A stretch of DNA of 64,000 bases, from positions 810 to 64,809 of the forward strand of contig CAXTKV010000001.1 of assembly GCA_964244895.1 (NCBI GenBank), read 5' to 3'. The stretch comes from an uncultured Deinococcales bacterium. Lineage in GTDB: Bacteria; Deinococcota; Deinococci; Deinococcales; JAAFIG01. The notes below the pieces were generated by a model. It saw only the letters and a list, made by a program, of their open reading frames with translations. It did no database searches and was not told the DNA's origin. Positions 30,169 through 39,057 of this stretch are shown piece after piece. Every line of letters starts with the position of its first letter. Positions within the stretch are counted from its first letter, which is position 1. Position numbers and translations under genes: made by a program.

Positions 30169-30603
30169 ATGACGGAACCAGACATCACCGGGCGCATCGG
30201 CGGCCCGCAAGGACTCGAGGTCAAAGTACGCCTGCACGACGACACCGTTCGCGGTCGGGTCGGCGGCGCATTCGGCAAGGAAGTCGAGATCGCCCTGCGC
30301 GACGATGGCGTGCAGGGACGCATCGGCGGCAAGGCCGGTTTTGAAATCGACCTGGAACTCGAGCACGGCGAACTGATCGGCACGCTCGGCAGCGAAGAAT
30401 TCGTGCTGCGCGGCGTGGATCGCGTCACCGGACGCATCGGGGAAACCTTCACCGGCCTGGACTTCGACATGCAGCAGGTCAGCAAGCGGTTGATCGGCAG
30501 CATCGGCACCAGAAACGTCGATCTGAAGCTCGGTGAAAGTCCAGGCTGGATCGGTGCGCTCGTCGCGGTGATCGCGGTTTACGCGCTCGAGCGGCACAGG
30601 TGA
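30169..30603 (+). CDS. Tail-anchored repeat protein (144 aa), hypothetical
   Basis: About six ~21-aa repeats of the form (I/V)xGR(I/V)GGxxGxE(I/V)x(I/V)xLxDD. The protein ends in one C-terminal TM helix, WIGALVAVIAVYAL. Confidence 0.65.
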   Translation: MTEPDITGRIGGPQGLEVKVRLHDDTVRGRVGGAFGKEVEIALRDDGVQGRIGGKAGFEIDLELEHGELIGTLGSEEFVLRGVDRVTGRIGETFTGLDFDMQQVSKRLIGSIGTRNVDLKLGESPGWIGALVAVIAVYALERHR

Positions 30604-30608
30604 GGGCA

Positions 30609-30657
30609 GCCGCAAGCCGCAAGCCATGAGCCGCAAGCTTTAAGCCTTGAGCCGCGA
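30609..30657. repeat. 7-bp tandem array, 7 units (GCCNNNA)
   Basis: gccgcaa gccgcaa gccatga gccgcaa gctttaa gccttga gccgcga, starting 6 nt after the stop at 30603. Confidence 0.85.
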
Positions 30658-30661
30658 GCGG

Positions 30662-30717
30662 GAGACCGTCGGGGACAATCTTCTCGAGGAACGACATACG
30701 GCGTCCGGGACGGTGTC
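30662..30717. repeat. IR family copy (degenerate)
   Basis: GAGACCGTCGGGGACaatcttctcgaggaacgacatacgGCGTCCGGGACGGTGTC. Confidence 0.6.
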
Positions 30718-30747
30718 ACTTGGGATTCTCGAGCGTCGTGCTGGCCT

Positions 30748-30775
30748 CTGACCCCTGACTTCTGACGCCTGACCC
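30748..30775. repeat. 7-bp tandem array, 4 units (CTGACNN)
   Basis: ctgaccc ctgactt ctgacgc ctgaccc, the same unit as at 9883-9910. Confidence 0.85.
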
Positions 30776-30788
30776 TTAAACTCAGGGC

Positions 30789-31808
30789 ATGACAAAGTCA
30801 CGCTCCCTTCGTCCCGCGACCCAGGCCAACGCGAGCATGGAACGAGCGCTCGTGCTGGACACGGTGCGCGTCACCGAACAGGCCGCACTGGCCGCCAGCC
30901 GATTCGTCGGCAAGGGCGACAAGATCGCCGTGGACGGCGCAGGAACCGAAGCCATGCGCGAAATCCTGAACCAGCTCGAGATTCACGGCACCGTCGTGAT
31001 CGGCGAGGGCGAGATGGACGAAGCCCCGATGCTCTACATCGGCGAGGAAGTCGGCACGCGCGCCCAGAACGCCTTCCAGGTCGACATCGCCGTCGATCCC
31101 GTCGAGGGCACGACCGTCACGTCCAGGGGCCTGCCGAATGGTGTCGCCGTGATCGCCATGTCCGAGCGCGGCGGACTGGTCGGTGCGCCGGACATGTACA
31201 TGGACAAACTGGTCGTCGGCCCACCCGCCGTGGGGCGCGTCAGCCTGGACTGGCCGGTGGACGCCAACCTCAAAGCCATCGCCTCGAGCCTGAGCCGCGA
31301 CGTGGAAGACCTGGTGATCGTGGTGCTGGACCGCGAACGCCACGAAAACCTGATCAAAGAAATCCGCAAGGCGGGCGCTCGGGTCAAACTGATCGGTGAC
31401 GGCGACGTGATCGCATCGCTGGCCGTGGCCGTGCGCGGCACGGGCGTTCACGCGCTGATGGGCTCCGGCGGCGCACCCGAAGGCGTGCTGACCGCCGCCG
31501 CCATGAAATGCCTGGGCGGCGAGATCCAGGGCCGATTCCTGCCCGCCGACGACGCGGAACGCACGCGCTGCAAGAACATGGGCGTGAATCCCGACAAGAT
31601 GTACAAGACCGATGACCTGGCTCCCGGCCAGGAAATCGTCTTCAGCGCGACCGGCATCACCGACGGGGACTTGCTGCAGGGCGTGCGCTTCTTCGGGGAC
31701 GGCGCGCGCACCCACACGGTCGCGATGGGCTACAAGACGCGCGTGGTGCGGTTCATCGACACGATTCACCTTTTGGACGAAGGCGCTCGAGTCACGATCC
31801 GGGTGTAA
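30789..31808 (+). CDS. glpX: Fructose-1,6-bisphosphatase class II
   Basis: The sequence ..[59 protein letters not shown].. is collinear with GlpX. The start may instead be ATG 30837 (MERALVLD). Confidence 0.9.
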   Translation: MTKSRSLRPATQANASMERALVLDTVRVTEQAALAASRFVGKGDKIAVDGAGTEAMREILNQLEIHGTVVIGEGEMDEAPMLYIGEEVGTRAQNAFQVDIAVDPVEGTTVTSRGLPNGVAVIAMSERGGLVGAPDMYMDKLVVGPPAVGRVSLDWPVDANLKAIASSLSRDVEDLVIVVLDRERHENLIKEIRKAGARVKLIGDGDVIASLAVAVRGTGVHALMGSGGAPEGVLTAAAMKCLGGEIQGRFLPADDAERTRCKNMGVNPDKMYKTDDLAPGQEIVFSATGITDGDLLQGVRFFGDGARTHTVAMGYKTRVVRFIDTIHLLDEGARVTIRV

Positions 31809-31809
31809 T

Positions 31810-31862
31810 AACACCGTCCCAGACGGTATTCTTGAAGATGGGTGCCAGACGGTGTTCTCGAG
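31810..31862. repeat. IR family copy
   Basis: AACACCGTCCCAGACGGTATTcttgaagatgGGTGCCAGACGGTGTTctcgag. Confidence 0.7.
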
Positions 31863-31924
31863 ATCAGCGCCGCTTTCAGTCTCGAGGCTTGAGGACTGAA
31901 AGCGCTTCATCGCAGACTGAGGCC

Positions 31925-32575
31925 GTGCAAAAAGAAGAACTGATCATCACCAGCGCGGAAGCCGCCCGAGCCCTACAAGACACGCCGATGCTGGCCCAAT
32001 TCCTGGAACCCAAATCCCCCAGCGAAGTCGCCAAGAAGATCGGGCAACCCGCCAACCTGGTGCACCACCACGCCAAGCGCGGGCTCGAGTTGGGTTTGCT
32101 GATCGAGGATCGGCGCGAGGGCGGGCGCGTGTACTACCAACTCGCGGCGCGCGCCTTCAAGTACGACCGATTCCTGTTGAGTCCAGACGAATCCGAGGGC
32201 GCGCAGATGCGCGAACTGACGGATGCGTTCCTGCAGGCGTACGCGCGCTCCGATCAGATCGCGGGCAACGAAGACCCGGATTACTCGATTCACGGTTTCA
32301 AAGACCGGAAACACCTGCCCAAATTTCAGCCCGAAAACAACCAACTCGAGACCCCAGAAGTTCACCCGGCGCATTACTCGGTCAGAACCTTCAAGCTTGG
32401 CGCCGCGCGATATCGGACGCTGGTGCGAGAGATTGCCCGCCTGATTACCGAAGCTGAAGCGGAAACTGGTGCCGACTCGAGCGCCTGCACCTTCGCAGTT
32501 CTGGCTTTCGATGGCGTTCTGCAGGAAGGCTCCGAGGATTTGCAGGCTGTGAACAGTTACGCGCCCATCTGGTAA
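31925..32575 (+). CDS. Winged-helix (ArsR-like) DNA-binding protein, hypothetical
   Basis: ORF 31832..32575. The first codons come from the IR repeat, so GTG 31925 or a later start is more likely. The wHTH-like segment is SPSEVAKKIGQPANLVHHHAKRGLELGLLIEDRREGGRVYYQL. Confidence 0.55.
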   Translation: MQKEELIITSAEAARALQDTPMLAQFLEPKSPSEVAKKIGQPANLVHHHAKRGLELGLLIEDRREGGRVYYQLAARAFKYDRFLLSPDESEGAQMRELTDAFLQAYARSDQIAGNEDPDYSIHGFKDRKHLPKFQPENNQLETPEVHPAHYSVRTFKLGAARYRTLVREIARLITEAEAETGADSSACTFAVLAFDGVLQEGSEDLQAVNSYAPIW

Positions 32576-32580
32576 TCCAC

Positions 32581-32639
32581 GAGAACACCGTCTAGAGCGC
32601 TGATTCTCGAGATCAAAGATTTGCGCGCTGGGCGGTGTT
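32581..32639. repeat. IR family copy
   Basis: GAGAACACCGTCTAGAGCGCtgattctcgagatcaaagatttGCGCGCTGGGCGGTGTT. Confidence 0.7.
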
Positions 32640-32658
32640 CCTGAAGATTCTGTTTCGA

Positions 32659-33582
32659 TCAAGCTGATACAGAACCCGCGAGCGGCTCGAGGTCAGCCTC
32701 GAACGCGATCCGCGTCCAGCGTTTCTCGAGTACCGCAGACGCGCGCATCCCGTCGCGCTCAAAGGCTCGAGCGGTGAGCACGTTCGGGTCGTCGCGGCGG
32801 TAAATCTTGACGCGAATTTCCTTGACTGTGGCGGCTTCCTGGTCGCTCGGCTCGGACGGTTGATCTCGAGCCTCCGGGTGCGCGCCCGCCTCGCCGCGCA
32901 TCAGCACCATGCTGAGCGGCGTCCAGCTGCCGCCCGTCAGGTGGTCGCCCTCGCGCTCGAGCACCAGGTAATCGTGATCGTGCGGTTGGCCGATCAGGTG
33001 GACGGGTGCGGCGATCTTGCCGTGCGGCCCGAGCTGATCGAACCACGCGAGCGGAATCTCCCACGCACCGACGGTGGCAACGATCCGGTCATAGGGCGCT
33101 CGAGGGGCGAATCCCAGGCCGCCATCGCCCATCACGACGCTCACGTTGGTCGTTCCCGCCGCCGTCAGGTGCATGCGGGCACTCGCCACGACCCAGCCTT
33201 CGATATCCACCGTGACCACGCGCCCCGTCCCGCCGACGATCTGCGCGATCAAGGCGGCGTTGTAACCGCTGCCCGCACCGATCTCCAGGACGTTCTGGCC
33301 GGGTTGGATGTCCGCTTGCTCAAGCATCAGCGCGACGGCGGCGGGTTGCGAGATGGTCGAAGCGGGACTGTCCGCCGACGCGCCCGGAACGTCGCACGCG
33401 CCGGGCAGGGCGTGCGATTCGTTCGCGTAAGCCCGTTCCAGCGTCAGCCAAGGACAGAAGGTGTGTCGTGAAACTTCCAGCATCGCGGTTTCGACGCGCG
33501 AGTCATGCAGCACGCCGGTCGTTTTGAGCTTCTCGATAAGCTTGCGCCGCAGGGTCGCGTCCAGCGTCGGTTTCTGGTTCAT
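32659..33582 (-). CDS. Protein-L-isoaspartate O-methyltransferase-like SAM methyltransferase with ~100-aa C-terminal extension
   Basis: The N-terminal ..LIEKLKTTGVLHDSRVETAMLEVSRHTF.. and SAM motif I VLEIGAGSGYNAALIA resemble PCMT. The extra C-terminal domain has no match I can name. Confidence 0.8.
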   Translation of the reverse strand: MNQKPTLDATLRRKLIEKLKTTGVLHDSRVETAMLEVSRHTFCPWLTLERAYANESHALPGACDVPGASADSPASTISQPAAVALMLEQADIQPGQNVLEIGAGSGYNAALIAQIVGGTGRVVTVDIEGWVVASARMHLTAAGTTNVSVVMGDGGLGFAPRAPYDRIVATVGAWEIPLAWFDQLGPHGKIAAPVHLIGQPHDHDYLVLEREGDHLTGGSWTPLSMVLMRGEAGAHPEARDQPSEPSDQEAATVKEIRVKIYRRDDPNVLTARAFERDGMRASAVLEKRWTRIAFEADLEPLAGSVSA

Positions 33583-33608
33583 ACCAGGACGCTAGCACGG
33601 GTTTTAAT

Positions 33609-33660
33609 CTCGAGAACACCGTACTGGACGTGATTCCAACAATGCGTCCTGGACGGTCTT
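33609..33660. repeat. IR family copy
   Basis: ctcgagAACACCGTACTGGACGTgattccaacaatGCGTCCTGGACGGTCTT. Confidence 0.75.
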
Positions 33661-33663
33661 GTC

Positions 33664-36153
33664 TCATTCCCCGCTCAGCACGACGCTGGCCCACGCCTGG
33701 GGTGGCACGCCATCGTTGACCAGCGCGAGCTTGGCGGCGCGCAGGGCTTGCGCGGGGTCGGACTGGAAGGCTTTGTTGTCCGGGCCGCGCCAGCGACGGT
33801 AGAAGTCTTCCATCAGTTGCGCGGTCTCGAGGTCGGGCACTTTCCAGAGCGTCAGCATCACGCGTTGCGCGCCCGCCGCCAGGAAGACCTGGTTGAAGCC
33901 CGCCACGCCCTCGCCGATGAACGCGTCGCCGAGGGCGGTGTCGCAGGCGGACAGCACCACCAGTTCCGTCCCGGCCAGGTTCAATCCCTCGAGCCGCAGG
34001 CCGGACAAGAGGCCGTAACCGTCGCCGATCACGGCGGATGTTTTGGCTCCGGCCAGCGCGATGCCGACGCGCATCAAAGGGTTGGGCAGGTTGGCGTCCG
34101 CGAAGAAAAAGCCGTGCGTGGCCAGGTGCAGCACGCGCGGGCTGCGAAGCTCGAGCAGGTTTTTTTCGTTGGCGTCCGATCCCAGGTAGAGGTTCGTGTT
34201 CGCGCCCAGGAGGTCGGACACGGCTCTGGCTTCGACTTCCGTGTACGGCAAAGGCGCAAGGGGCGCGCGGCGCACCAAGTTAGAAAGGTAGGCGCGTTCC
34301 AGGCCGCGCGTCTGGTCGAGCAGTTGGGGTGTCTCGAGGGCGTTTGAGGGGCTTTTGGCGCTGAAGTCCGCGTTGCCGAACACGGCGGCGGGGCCGGTCG
34401 CGGCGAGCAGCGGGCTGCTGCGGAGCCGCACCAGGTCGCGTCCGGTCGGGGCGTAGCGGGTCGTCCAGCGATCCAGCGCCAGCCGGTCGCCGTCCCAGAG
34501 AAGCTCGAACGGCAAGAAATTTAAGGGGCCGTCCGGCGAGATGGTCAGGGTCGTCACGCCGTCCAGGTCGGGCTCGAGGGGTTTCAGCAGCGCCTCGTAG
34601 ATCGGTCTGGAGATGGCGTTCGTTTCCGCCAGGGACGCGCCGCGCTGCACGGACTGTCGCAGCTTCGAGATCATCGCCTCGAGCGCGACCGTGTCGCCCA
34701 GTTTGTGGACGCGCACGCCGGACATGGTGACGGTCACGGCGTACAGCCCGGACTCGAACCAGGCGTAATCGATGAACGCCTCGCCTTCCAGGAGGTTGCG
34801 GCGCACCTCGTTGGCATCCAGGCGTTTGAGTGAGAGCAGTGCCGTGAAACCGCTGACGCGGCTGGAGAGTTCCCGCTCGAGCGCCCCGAGTTTGATCTCG
34901 AGTTCCTGCTGGCGATCGCGGATTCTGGTGGCTTCGCTGTTGTCGGCGGGCACGCGCGTGTAGAGCGCGGCCAGTTCCGTGCGGGCCGTCAGGTAATCGT
35001 CGATCCGGGCTTTCAGACCCGCCGCCTGGCCCGACAAGGGCGCGAGGCCGTTCTCGAGGCTGAACGCGAGTCCCTTAAAAGACAACCACGCGCCCGCCAC
35101 GGATCGCGTCTCGAGTTCGGTCGGGTCGGGCATCTGGGTCAGCGCGCGCAGCGCGGCCCGCATCCGGGAGCGGTGAACCAGGTTGAAACGCAGCTTGCCG
35201 GGCGTGTCCAGCACGCGGTAGGCGTTCTCGGCCTCCGAAAAGAACGCGTCCACGGCGCGCATCAAGGGTTCTTGGGCGGCGTGTGGATCGCCGCTTCCGG
35301 CCAGCGCCGAGCCGAGCGCGGCCAGCGTCGCGGCGGTATCCGGGTGATCCGGCCCGAGGGCGCGCTCGCGGACTTTGAGGGCGGCCTCGAGGTTCGCGGT
35401 GGCCTCCGGGTAGCGTTTCAGGCTGCTCTGCGCCAGCCCGATCAGCGTCAGCGTGGCGGCGGTCTCCGGCTGATCCGATCCCAACTTTCGCTGCCGCACG
35501 CGGAGCGCGCGCTCGAGGAACACCAGCGCGGTGTTCGGGTCAGATTCCAGGTAGGCCGCGCCGAGCGCGTGATCGCTGCTGGCGACGCCTACGCTGCCCT
35601 CACCGCCGCGTTTGGCGCGCACGCGCCGCGATTTTTGAAGCGACTCGAGCCCGCCCGCGCGGTCGCCCGAACGGATCAGCGCCGCGCCCAGATCCTCGTA
35701 GGCGTCCGCCGCCAGCGCGCTTTCCGACCCGAGCGAGAGGCGCACCCGCAATGTTTTGCGCGCGAACTCGAGCGCGCGCACCGGGTCGGCCAGCCGCAAC
35801 TCGATCCTCGAGAGGAGCGCGTACAGATCAGCCGTCTGCTGGTGCTGCGGCCCCAGCAGTTTCAGCCGCGCCCGGAACGCACGCGTCGCTTGCTCGAGCG
35901 CCACGGCGCTGTCCCCGACGAGATACTCGAGTCTCGCCACGCGAACGCGCACGGCGGTCGTGTGCGGTTCGTCCGGCCCGAGTGAGGCTTCCGCGCCGCG
36001 CAGCGCGCGCGTCCAGACGTTCAGCGCGGATCGGGCATCGCCCTGGGCTTCCAGCGTGCGCGCCTGCGTCTCCAGATCCATCCACGGTTGAGCCGCGCCC
36101 GAAATGGGCGCGAATAGAGAAAACAACGCGAAGATCGCGAGGAAGATCAGCAA
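33664..36153 (-). CDS. TPR-repeat CHAT-domain protease with N-terminal signal/anchor
   Basis: TTG start after GGAGG. The hydrophobic N-terminus is MLIFLAIFALFSLFAPISGAA. About 7 TPR-like units follow (..ALNVW.., ..LGAAYL.., ..LGSALA..). The CHAT caspase-like dyad context is VLHLATHGFF (His) and LVVLSACDTA (Cys). Confidence 0.9.
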   Translation of the reverse strand: MLIFLAIFALFSLFAPISGAAQPWMDLETQARTLEAQGDARSALNVWTRALRGAEASLGPDEPHTTAVRVRVARLEYLVGDSAVALEQATRAFRARLKLLGPQHQQTADLYALLSRIELRLADPVRALEFARKTLRVRLSLGSESALAADAYEDLGAALIRSGDRAGGLESLQKSRRVRAKRGGEGSVGVASSDHALGAAYLESDPNTALVFLERALRVRQRKLGSDQPETAATLTLIGLAQSSLKRYPEATANLEAALKVRERALGPDHPDTAATLAALGSALAGSGDPHAAQEPLMRAVDAFFSEAENAYRVLDTPGKLRFNLVHRSRMRAALRALTQMPDPTELETRSVAGAWLSFKGLAFSLENGLAPLSGQAAGLKARIDDYLTARTELAALYTRVPADNSEATRIRDRQQELEIKLGALERELSSRVSGFTALLSLKRLDANEVRRNLLEGEAFIDYAWFESGLYAVTVTMSGVRVHKLGDTVALEAMISKLRQSVQRGASLAETNAISRPIYEALLKPLEPDLDGVTTLTISPDGPLNFLPFELLWDGDRLALDRWTTRYAPTGRDLVRLRSSPLLAATGPAAVFGNADFSAKSPSNALETPQLLDQTRGLERAYLSNLVRRAPLAPLPYTEVEARAVSDLLGANTNLYLGSDANEKNLLELRSPRVLHLATHGFFFADANLPNPLMRVGIALAGAKTSAVIGDGYGLLSGLRLEGLNLAGTELVVLSACDTALGDAFIGEGVAGFNQVFLAAGAQRVMLTLWKVPDLETAQLMEDFYRRWRGPDNKAFQSDPAQALRAAKLALVNDGVPPQAWASVVLSGE

Positions 36154-36245
36154 CGTGATACCTCCTCTCGAGCGGAGTCGAGAATCTTGAATCTAAGTCC
36201 AGGAAAGCCCGTGCAGCGCGAGGCATCTCACAAATAGCTCAAAAG

Positions 36246-36266
36246 AACACCGTCCAGGACGGTGTT
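36246..36266. repeat. IR family, short perfect palindrome variant
   Basis: AACACCGTCCagGACGGTGTT, the same form as at 1669-1689. Confidence 0.8.
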
Positions 36267-36387
36267 GCCGAAATCCGACCCCAGAATTTCGGCTCTGGCA
36301 GAGGGAATTGGCTCGGTCAGGTTCGAGATTGGGCGCTCTGGCGGCGTTCAGTCGGGCGGGGTCTGACCCGCCCGATTTGACCCGCGA

Positions 36388-36450
36388 CTCGAGAGTACCG
36401 TCCAGCACGCGATTCAAAGAATGCGTCTGGGACGGTGTTCATGGCTCGAG
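36388..36450. repeat. IR family copy
   Basis: ctcgagAGTACCGTCCAGCACGCgattcaaagaatGCGTCTGGGACGGTGTTcatggctcgag. Confidence 0.8.
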
Positions 36451-36466
36451 AAACGACCAGAACGCT

Positions 36467-38806
36467 TTAGACCCGACTCCCGACACCCGACACCCGACCA
36501 TCGCGCTCGAGCAGGGCCGTGATTGACGCGCTCGGTTGCGGCCTGGCAAAGAAATACCCCTGACCGAGATCGCAACCCAGACCCCGCAGGCGCTGGGCTT
36601 GTTGCGAGGTCTCCACGCCCTCCGCGACGACGTGCAAGTCCAGCGCCCTGGCCAGCGAGATCACGGCCTCGACGATCGGGGCGTCCCCGTCGGTTTCGGC
36701 GCGCATGTCTCGCACGAACGACTGATCGATTTTCAGAACGTCCACCGGGAAGCGCTGCAGGTGGCCCAGGTTGGAATAGCCCGTGCCGAAATCGTCGATC
36801 GCGAGCCTGACCCCGAGCGCCTTGAGGCGGTTCAGAACTTCGATGGTGGCGGAAACATCGCCCAGCACGGCGCTTTCGGTGATCTCGAGTTCGAGCGCAG
36901 CGGGCGGCAGGCCGGTTCTGCGCAGCGTGCGCGCGACCTCCTCGACCAGGTTCGGGTTTCTGAATTGCATCGGCGAGAGGTTGACCGCCACCACCAGCCG
37001 CCCCGACCCCTGCCAGCGGGCTGCATCGCGGCAGGCGGTCTCCAGGACGATCCGCCCGAGCGGTTCTATGAGTCCCGTCTCCTCGGCGAAGGGAATGAAC
37101 GCGGCGGGGCTGACGAAACCGCGCTCCGGGTGCTGCCAGCGCACCAGCGCTTCCAGGCTGACGATCCTTCCGGTCTGCAGGTCGACTTTTGGCTGGTAGT
37201 AGACCTGAAAATCCTCGCGCTCGAGGCTGCGGCGCATGTCGGACTCGAGCCGCAATCGTTCGGGCGCGTCCTCGGCCATCTCGGATCGGAAGGCCGTGAT
37301 GCGCGACTGCACGCGCTTGGCTCGCACCGTCGCGATGCCAGATTGCCGCACCAGGTCGCCCGCGTTGACGCCAGTTTCGCCCACCGCTAGGCCGATGCTG
37401 ACGCTCAAGAAGACCTCCTGAGCGTTCACCGTGAACGGTAACGCCAGCGCCGCCCGCACGCGGTGCGCCACCTCGAGCGCGCCGGATTCGTCCAGCACGG
37501 ACGGCAAGAGTGCGACCAGTTCGTCGCCGCCCAATCGCGCCAGCACGTCTTCCTCGCGCAGGCAGCCCAGCGCGCGGCGCGCGGCCTCGACCAGCACCAG
37601 ATCGCCCCGATCGTGACCGAAGCTGTCGTTGACCAGGTTCAGGCCCTCCAGGTCCACGAACAGCACCGCCGCGCGACCCAGGGGGTCAGGGCGCGTGTCG
37701 TTCAGGGCGCTCTCGAGCCGATTCATGAACAGGCGGCGGTTCGGCAGATCCGTCAAGGGATCGTGCAGTGCCTGATGGTGCAAACGTCGCTCGAGCGTTT
37801 TGCGTTCCGTGATGTCTCGCGCGTTGACGATCACGCCGCGCAAATCTGGGTGATTCTCCAGGTGCTGTACGCGCAACTCGAGATCTCGCGCCTCGCCGTC
37901 CGCGCGATCGAAGCTGACCTCGAGCTGATCGCTCGTAGACGCGTCCACGCCCAGGGCATCCGTCCAGAACGCCCGCCCGACCATCCCGTCGGGATCTAAA
38001 CCCAGGATCGGTTGCGCGGCTGGGCTGGCGTAGCGCACGCTGCCGTCCGGTTCCAGCACCGCGATCAGATCGCTCGCGTTCTGCACGAGCGCGCGGAACC
38101 TGGCCTCGCTCTCTCGCAGGGTGCGGGTGCGCTCCGCCTCGAGTTCCAATGCTCGGCGCGCCCGCATCCGGTTCAATCGCAACAGCGTCCAGCCCGATGC
38201 GGCGAACGTGATCACGAGCGCGAAGACCGTGCTCGCGCCCGCCGCCGTACCCGCGCGGGCGGCGATGGCGGCATCCTGGTCGCTGGTCTGGCGGATTGCG
38301 TCCTGCAACGCGTCGAAATCCGGGTTGCCGCGCTCGCGCCCCATTCGCGCCATGCCCACCACGCCCGTGCTGATCTGCCCGAAGGTCGAGTCCACCGACG
38401 ATTGGAAGCGCTGCGTCGCTTCCATCAATGTCTCGAGCCTCGCGCGCGTATCCGGGAATCCCAGCGCCGCGTTCAAGCGCTCGCCCTTCGCCTCGAGCGC
38501 ACCGAGCGCGCCCAGGTGATCGGACAGGGCGCGCCGCGCATCGTCCGCCTGGAACTGCGTCGGCGGGATGCCCGGATGCTCCGCGTTCTCGGCCAGCGCC
38601 CGCCACTCGAGCGCGGATTGCGCGAAAGCCATGCCCTCGAGCTGTTCCAGTTGCCTCATGACCTCGCGCCGTTCGTTGGCGTGCCCCCACAAGACCAGCA
38701 TCAGCGCGAGGCTGCACGCGGCGGTGATCGCGCACAGCGCGAGCGGCAACCACTCGCGTCTGGCGGAGATGGCAGGTTCAGACAGTCGATTCGGCGGGGT
38801 GTTCAT
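36467..38806 (-). CDS. Membrane sensor PAS-GGDEF-EAL protein (c-di-GMP turnover)
   Basis: The N-terminal TM is LPLALCAITAACSLALMLVLW and a second TM precedes the PAS segment. The GGDEF-type motif is ARLGGDELVAL and the EAL motif is VSLEALVRW, with ..DDFGTGYS.. further on. Confidence 0.9.
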   Translation of the reverse strand: MNTPPNRLSEPAISARREWLPLALCAITAACSLALMLVLWGHANERREVMRQLEQLEGMAFAQSALEWRALAENAEHPGIPPTQFQADDARRALSDHLGALGALEAKGERLNAALGFPDTRARLETLMEATQRFQSSVDSTFGQISTGVVGMARMGRERGNPDFDALQDAIRQTSDQDAAIAARAGTAAGASTVFALVITFAASGWTLLRLNRMRARRALELEAERTRTLRESEARFRALVQNASDLIAVLEPDGSVRYASPAAQPILGLDPDGMVGRAFWTDALGVDASTSDQLEVSFDRADGEARDLELRVQHLENHPDLRGVIVNARDITERKTLERRLHHQALHDPLTDLPNRRLFMNRLESALNDTRPDPLGRAAVLFVDLEGLNLVNDSFGHDRGDLVLVEAARRALGCLREEDVLARLGGDELVALLPSVLDESGALEVAHRVRAALALPFTVNAQEVFLSVSIGLAVGETGVNAGDLVRQSGIATVRAKRVQSRITAFRSEMAEDAPERLRLESDMRRSLEREDFQVYYQPKVDLQTGRIVSLEALVRWQHPERGFVSPAAFIPFAEETGLIEPLGRIVLETACRDAARWQGSGRLVVAVNLSPMQFRNPNLVEEVARTLRRTGLPPAALELEITESAVLGDVSATIEVLNRLKALGVRLAIDDFGTGYSNLGHLQRFPVDVLKIDQSFVRDMRAETDGDAPIVEAVISLARALDLHVVAEGVETSQQAQRLRGLGCDLGQGYFFARPQPSASITALLERDGRVSGVGSRV
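36471..36498. repeat. 7-bp tandem array, 4 units (NCCCGAC), overlapping the 3' end of a CDS
   Basis: acccgac tcccgac acccgac acccgac. On the minus strand these units encode the last residues (..SGVGSRV*) of the GGDEF-EAL protein. Confidence 0.85.
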
Positions 38807-38940
38807 GCCTAAATCGTCCGTCAGGAACGCGGTTTTTCGTGTCCAGAATCCTCAGCGTGGTGATATCGGCTGTTCTCGAGGCGATGCTTTACGTCTTCAC
38901 CGTCTGGTTCCGAGACTCGCGTTCGTGAAAACTCGTCCGT

Positions 38941-39005
38941 CTCGAGAACACCGTCCAACACGCATTCTCGAATTCGCGTACTGGACGGTGTTCCTGGTCT
39001 CGAGC
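38941..39005. repeat. IR family copy (near-consensus, XhoI-site flanked)
   Basis: ctcgagAACACCGTCCAACACGCattctcgaattcGCGTACTGGACGGTGTTcctggtctcgag. Confidence 0.85.
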
Positions 39006-39010
39006 TACAA

Positions 39011-39037
39011 AAACGGGTGCGCTATTCGCACCCGTTT
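39011..39037 (-). terminator. Rho-independent terminator of pnp
   Basis: Stem AAACGGGTGCG / CGCACCCGTTT with a 5-nt loop. The minus strand continues with TTTTTGT. It lies 20 nt beyond the pnp stop. Confidence 0.75.
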
Positions 39038-39057
39038 CAATCCCTCGAGCCTGAACC

